Positions 59,310 to 64,000 of a DNA stretch of 64,000 bases are shown here, in pieces. Under the pieces are notes generated by a model. The model made no database searches. It saw nothing but the letters and a program-made list of their open reading frames with translations, and was not told the DNA's origin. The position numbers and the translations under genes were made by a program. Location: positions 117,242,001-117,306,000 of the forward strand of contig NC_067398.1 of the NCBI RefSeq assembly GCF_016432865.1, given 5' to 3'. Numbering within the stretch: the first letter of the stretch is position 1; each line of letters opens with the position of its first letter. The DNA is from Antechinus flavipes (taxonomy: Eukaryota).

Positions 59310-59719
59310 TTCTCCTTTCTCTCTTAGAACGCTTGATACTGCCCAGAAAATTTTTCCATCCTCTCTGAATTCCTCATTAATTTTTCTCTTGTGCCACATT
59401 AGCAAGCACATGTCTGCTTCTGCCAGAACTCTTGATGATCTATCGATGGTCCCTGGCACTAGGAAAAACAGAATTGCCAGAATTCTTCTCTTTGGTCAGG
59501 TAGGCAAGAAAATTGTGAGCTAATCCATAAACTCTTCATATGTTTTTGTTCTAAGCAATATACAAATTGTTCCTTGGGAGATGAGTCCCCAAAATTCTCC
59601 CTAGTCCCCTCTTATTCCCCTATCTGGAAGCCAAGTCTGTTGTGCTCTGATCTGATCCTTTTATTAAAAAAAAAAAAAAAAAAAAAAGACAATAAAGGGA
59701 AAAGATCAAGAGCAACAAA

Positions 59720-60260
59720 GGGCCACCAAACCATGTGACCTAGCAGTGTTTCTATTGGGTTTGTATCCCAAAGAGGTCTTAAGGGAGGGAAAGTGACCCA
59801 CCTGTGCAAAAATGTTTGTGGCAGCCCTTTTTGTAGTGTCAAGAAGCTGGAAACTGAGTGGATGCCCATCAATTGGAGAATGGCTGAATGAGTTATAGTG
59901 TAGGAATGCTATGGAATATTATTGTTCTATAAGAAATGATCACCAGGATGATTTCAGAGATGCCTGGAGAAATTTACATGAATTGATGTTGAGTGAAATG
60001 AGCAGAACCAGGAGATCATTATACATGGCAACAGCAAGATTCTGATGGATGGGGCTCTTCTCAACAATCAGATGATTCAGGCCAGTTCCAAAGATCTTGT
60101 GATGATGAAAGCCTTCTAAACCAGAGAGGACTATGGAAACTGAGTGTCACTTCTTTTGTTGTTGTCTGCTTGAATTTTATTTTCTTTCTTATTTTTCTTC
60201 CTTTGTTATCAATTTTTTCTTATGCAGCAAGATAATTGTATAAATATGTATGCCTTAAAA
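59720..60260 (+). mobile_element. L1 3' fragment
   Basis: ORF2 C-terminal and 3' UTR motifs (TGTTTGTGGCAGCCCTTTTTGTAGTG...GGATGCCCATCAATTGGAGAATGGCTGAA). Confidence 0.85.
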
Positions 60261-62570
60261 AAAACCAAGAGCAACATAAAGATTCATTTTTAAAAAGCTT
60301 TATTGATTTATTTTTTTTAAGTCAGTTATTTTCAAAAACAAAATTTTTCTCTTTTTCTACCCAATGAGATTCGTCCTGTAATATACAAAGAAAAAAAAAG
60401 CCAATTGATTAAAACCAGTTGAAGCATTACTGTGACAACATATACAATATTCTATACCCATAAATCCCACCACTACCATTACCTCTACCTCTCCAACAAA
60501 AGGAAACAATAAACACCAATAAATATGGTGTTTCCACAAAACATATACCATTCATATCTTAGTAACTACTTGTATTTCTGGTAACTAACATTATATTAAA
60601 ATAGTTTTAGAAGCAAATGTTCAAAACCTCCACCAATAATTTCTTGGTGTTTTTGAAGACGCTACATCATTAGCTGACATACATACAGAATACCCTACAC
60701 TTGCTTTTAGTTCTCATAGCCTTCCAAGTAAATAACCTTTACATGTATAGACTGGAATGGTTACATAGAATCATAGTATTCTAAAGCTGGATGGGATCAT
60801 AGAGATACTAATCTGGGCCTTCATTTTATAATGGAGGACACTGAAACTTAAAAGCATTAAAGTGACTTTTACCATCAAAAAGGATTAGTGGCAGGCTTGG
60901 GTGTCAAAAAAAATTCTTGATTCATCTTTTTAAGTTTAATCTACATGACTATTATTTCCATTCTTAAGTCTAGAAATTTTTAAAAAATTAAATAAATCAA
61001 ACCTTGGTTTGTAGTATTTGTTGATTTCTAAGGTGTAAATGCTTACACAAAAATTTAACAATCATCATTTCGGAGCCTGTTCAAGCTGGCTCCATTACAT
61101 TTTTGTTCCTGGACCAGAGTTTCTAATTTTCTAAGTAGATTACCATGGAGTGGTAGTGATTACATTTCAAATTTGTCTCCAACAGCTTTGTAAGACAGTA
61201 TATCTTGATATAATATAAAATATAATATTTTACATATAATTTATAACAATATAACATGATATGTAATACTTTAAAATCTACTCACTTCATATTCAAATAT
61301 TAGTCTTGATTTAAAATTTTTGGTTTTTAAAAACCATATTGCAAACACATATCATTAATGTGAAAGAGTATATGTACCATCACTCAATAATACAATCTTA
61401 TTTTTTCTTATATTTTAAAAGACTTATCATTTTTAAAACTCTGAACATTTTATTGAAATATGCTCTAGTTTGCCACTAATTTCATCATTTTACTCAAAAA
61501 CTATTAATGAATTCCTATTGTGTAAAGTCCAAACACCTTAATCTAAAGTCCCCTCAAATTTGGTCCCAATCTGTTTTTCCAGGCTTATGTCCAGTTCTCC
61601 AATTCACTATCTCCCACCCTTTTTGCCTGTCAAGCAAGTGCCCTCCCAACTTCTCCCAACTCTGTAAATCTTACCTTTCCTTTATGTTACTTTATTGTAT
61701 TGCTTTGGGGAAGCAATTGGGGTTATGTCTTGCCCAAGGTCATACAGCTAGTAAGTGTTTGAGACCATATTTAGATCCTCCTGACTTTTAGGAAAGTCGC
61801 AGACTCCCGTGCTCTGTCCAGTGCCAACCTACCTGACACATGCATACCTTCCACCCTTCTTTAAAACTGAGTTTAAGTGTTATGTTCCTACTGAGGCTTT
61901 CGCTATTTTAGTCCAAAGGAATTTCTCCCTATTTCAAATTCCTGTATTACTCAATGCTATACCATATACTTTATACTTATTGTAGGCTGCCTTATGTGCT
62001 TTTTTCATGCATGCTTCATATATTTTTGAATGCTTTTCTTGACTTAGTTCTTTATGAGAAAGCATGGATAGGTGGAGTGAAAATGACCTTGTGAGAAAAT
62101 AGAATCCTTGGAGTTTTTAAACACAAAGGAATGGGACACTGTACATAAGCAACCAATCAATATTTATTAAATGCCTACTATGTGCTAATAGTATATACTA
62201 TATTAGGCATTTTGCTAGGCATGAAATGGTTTCTACTTTCAATGAACCTACTACATAAAAATTAAACTTTAGAAAAGTAGATTTCAAAAAGTTCAGAGGA
62301 AAAGATATGTAATTCCATGGACAAAATGGTACAGTAGACAATAAAGATAGTTCACACAAGATGGAAGACTCTAAAAATAAGATTATAACAATACCATACC
62401 AAATAATCTTATAGGAGAGAGTATTGGAAAAAGCCAATTTGATTATCAATGAGGCAATATTTTAAAAGGGCAGGTTCAGTGGAAGATGGAAGTACAGTTA
62501 TATGAGTAAGGAAAAATAATCTTAAAAGAAAATGTCAGAAAAAGCAATGGCTATTAAAAACAAAGGATAA

Positions 62571-63536
62571 AAGTCATTATTAATCAGAGAAATGAAAATT
62601 AAGACAACTCTGAGATACCACTACACATCTGTCAGATTGGCTAGAATGACAGGGAAAGATAATGCGGAATGTTGGAGGGGATGTGGGAAAACAGGGACAC
62701 TAATATATTGTTTGTGGAATTGTGAATACATCCAGCCATTCTGGAGAGCAATTTGGAAATATGTTAAAAAAGTTATCAAGCTGTGCATACCCTTTGACCC
62801 ACCAATGTTTCTACTGAACTTATATCCCAAGGAAATCTTAAAGGGAAAGGGACCTGTATATGCACGAATGTTTGTGGCAGGTCTCTTTGTAGTGGCCAGA
62901 AACTGGAAACCGAGTAGTTGCCCATCAATTGGAGAATGGCTGAATAAATTGTGGTATATGAATATTATGGAATATTATTGTTCTGTAAGAAATGACCAGC
63001 AGGAGGATTTCAGAAAGGCCTGAAGAGACTTACATGAACTGATGCTGAGTGAAATGAACAGGACCAGGAGATCATTATACACTTCGACAACAATACTATA
63101 TGATGATCAATTCTGATGGATGTGGCCTTCTTCAACAATGAGATGAGCCAAATCAGTTCCAATAGAGCAGTAATGAATTGAACCAGCTACACCCAGCGAA
63201 AGAACTCTGGGAAATGACTATGAACCATTACATAGAATTCCCAATCCCTATATTTTTGTCCACCTGCATTTTTGATTTCCTTCACAGGCTAATAGTACAC
63301 TATTTCAAACTCTGATTCTTTTTGTACAGCAAAATAACTGTTAGGACATGTATGCTTACATTGTATTTAATTTATACTTTAACATACTTAACATGTATTG
63401 ATCAATCTGCCATAGGGAGGGGGAGGGGATGGAGGGAAGGAGGGGAAAAATTGGAACAAAAGGTTTGACAATTGTCAGTGCTGTAAAATTATCCATGCAT
63501 ATAACTTGTAAATAAAAAGCTATAATAAAAAAAAAT
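62571..63536 (+). mobile_element. Young 5'-truncated L1 with ORF2 C-terminal remnant, poly(A) tail and TSD
   Basis: ORF 62592-63023 MKIKTTLRYHYT...CWRGCGKTGTLIYCLWNC (zinc knuckle with H>Y; premature TGA). 14-bp TSD AAAACAAAGGATAA at 62557-62570 and 63537-63550. Confidence 0.92.
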
Positions 63537-63829
63537 AAAACAAAGGATAATTAGAAATGTTCTTTCTTTCTTTCTTTGTTTTTTAAACTATGTTTAAAAT
63601 AAAAATAAGGAAGTGATAGATCCTCTGCTTAGGACACATGGTGTAATGCTAACAGACAACAAACAAAGAAAAATTACTCAATCCTTATGTCACTTCTGTT
63701 TTTCTTTTTAAGCAAAGAGGATGATTTTTAAAATGGAAGTAATATGATATGTGGTAGGAATAGTGAATAAACAATTGTTAAGAAGAAATTCTTAATAGGT
63801 GAAAAGGACACTTATTTAACTCTTTTAAA

Positions 63830-64000
63830 TAGGTTCAAGTTGCCATGTCCAACAAAACACATTTTCACAATATTGAAACACTGCCAACATGACCTCAGAA
63901 CCACTTTGGGGAATTGTGGAGAATGGAGGAAAGTATCAAAAAACTGGATATGGGCAAGTGTCCCAATTTTCAAAAAGAGTAAACAAAGAATAAGGACAAT
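63830..64000 (+). mobile_element. CR1/L3 fragment
   Basis: Reads NWIWASVPIFKKSKQ, like CR1 W..ANV.PIFKKG. Confidence 0.6.

Larger units (their letters stand above)
57690..59610 (-). mobile_element. Degenerate retroelement remnant resembling DIRS1-type gag-RT-RNaseH, interrupted by an L1 and a SINE
   Basis: Co-linear frameshifted motifs EV..L.....E, VP-x6-R-x3-DLR, RIMTLWQ, TISDLN, YLWIPVNP, LHFLWDEERYQF, TD....GA; see finding. Confidence 0.55.

Noticed and set aside
62592-63023. 143-aa ORF as a host gene or active L1
   Set aside because: Only the ORF2 C-terminus of a roughly 1-kb truncated L1, with a broken CCHC and premature stop
47500-64000. MAPK3 or another gene upstream of CORO1A
   Set aside because: No kinase or other host-gene exons found; the region is almost all repeats

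Overview
Repeat-rich mammalian genomic DNA. The L1 and SINE types look marsupial, probably dasyurid (inference). The window holds the single-copy gene block syntenic to human 16p11.2 / mouse chr7: SGF29 (+), SULT1A-type sulfotransferase (-), SLX1 (-), BOLA2 (+), CORO1A (-). All five coding sequences were rebuilt exon by exon and give intact proteins: 293, 295, 270, 86 and 461 aa. The rest is L1, CR1/L3, L2, SINEs, a solo LTR, hAT MITEs and two short N gaps. Less obvious observations: a frameshifted, interrupted remnant resembling a DIRS-type retrotransposon gag/RT/RNaseH (about 57.7-59.6 kb); a full-length 7SL retrocopy with TSDs; a GC-AG intron in SULT1A; two in-frame alternative splice routes in SLX1; a palindromic two-way poly(A) signal between BOLA2 and CORO1A; and a possible spliced transcript diverging from the SGF29 promoter. 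No CRISPR, rRNA or tRNA genes were seen. All alignments were done by eye against remembered reference sequences, and repeat boundaries are approximate unless TSDs are given.
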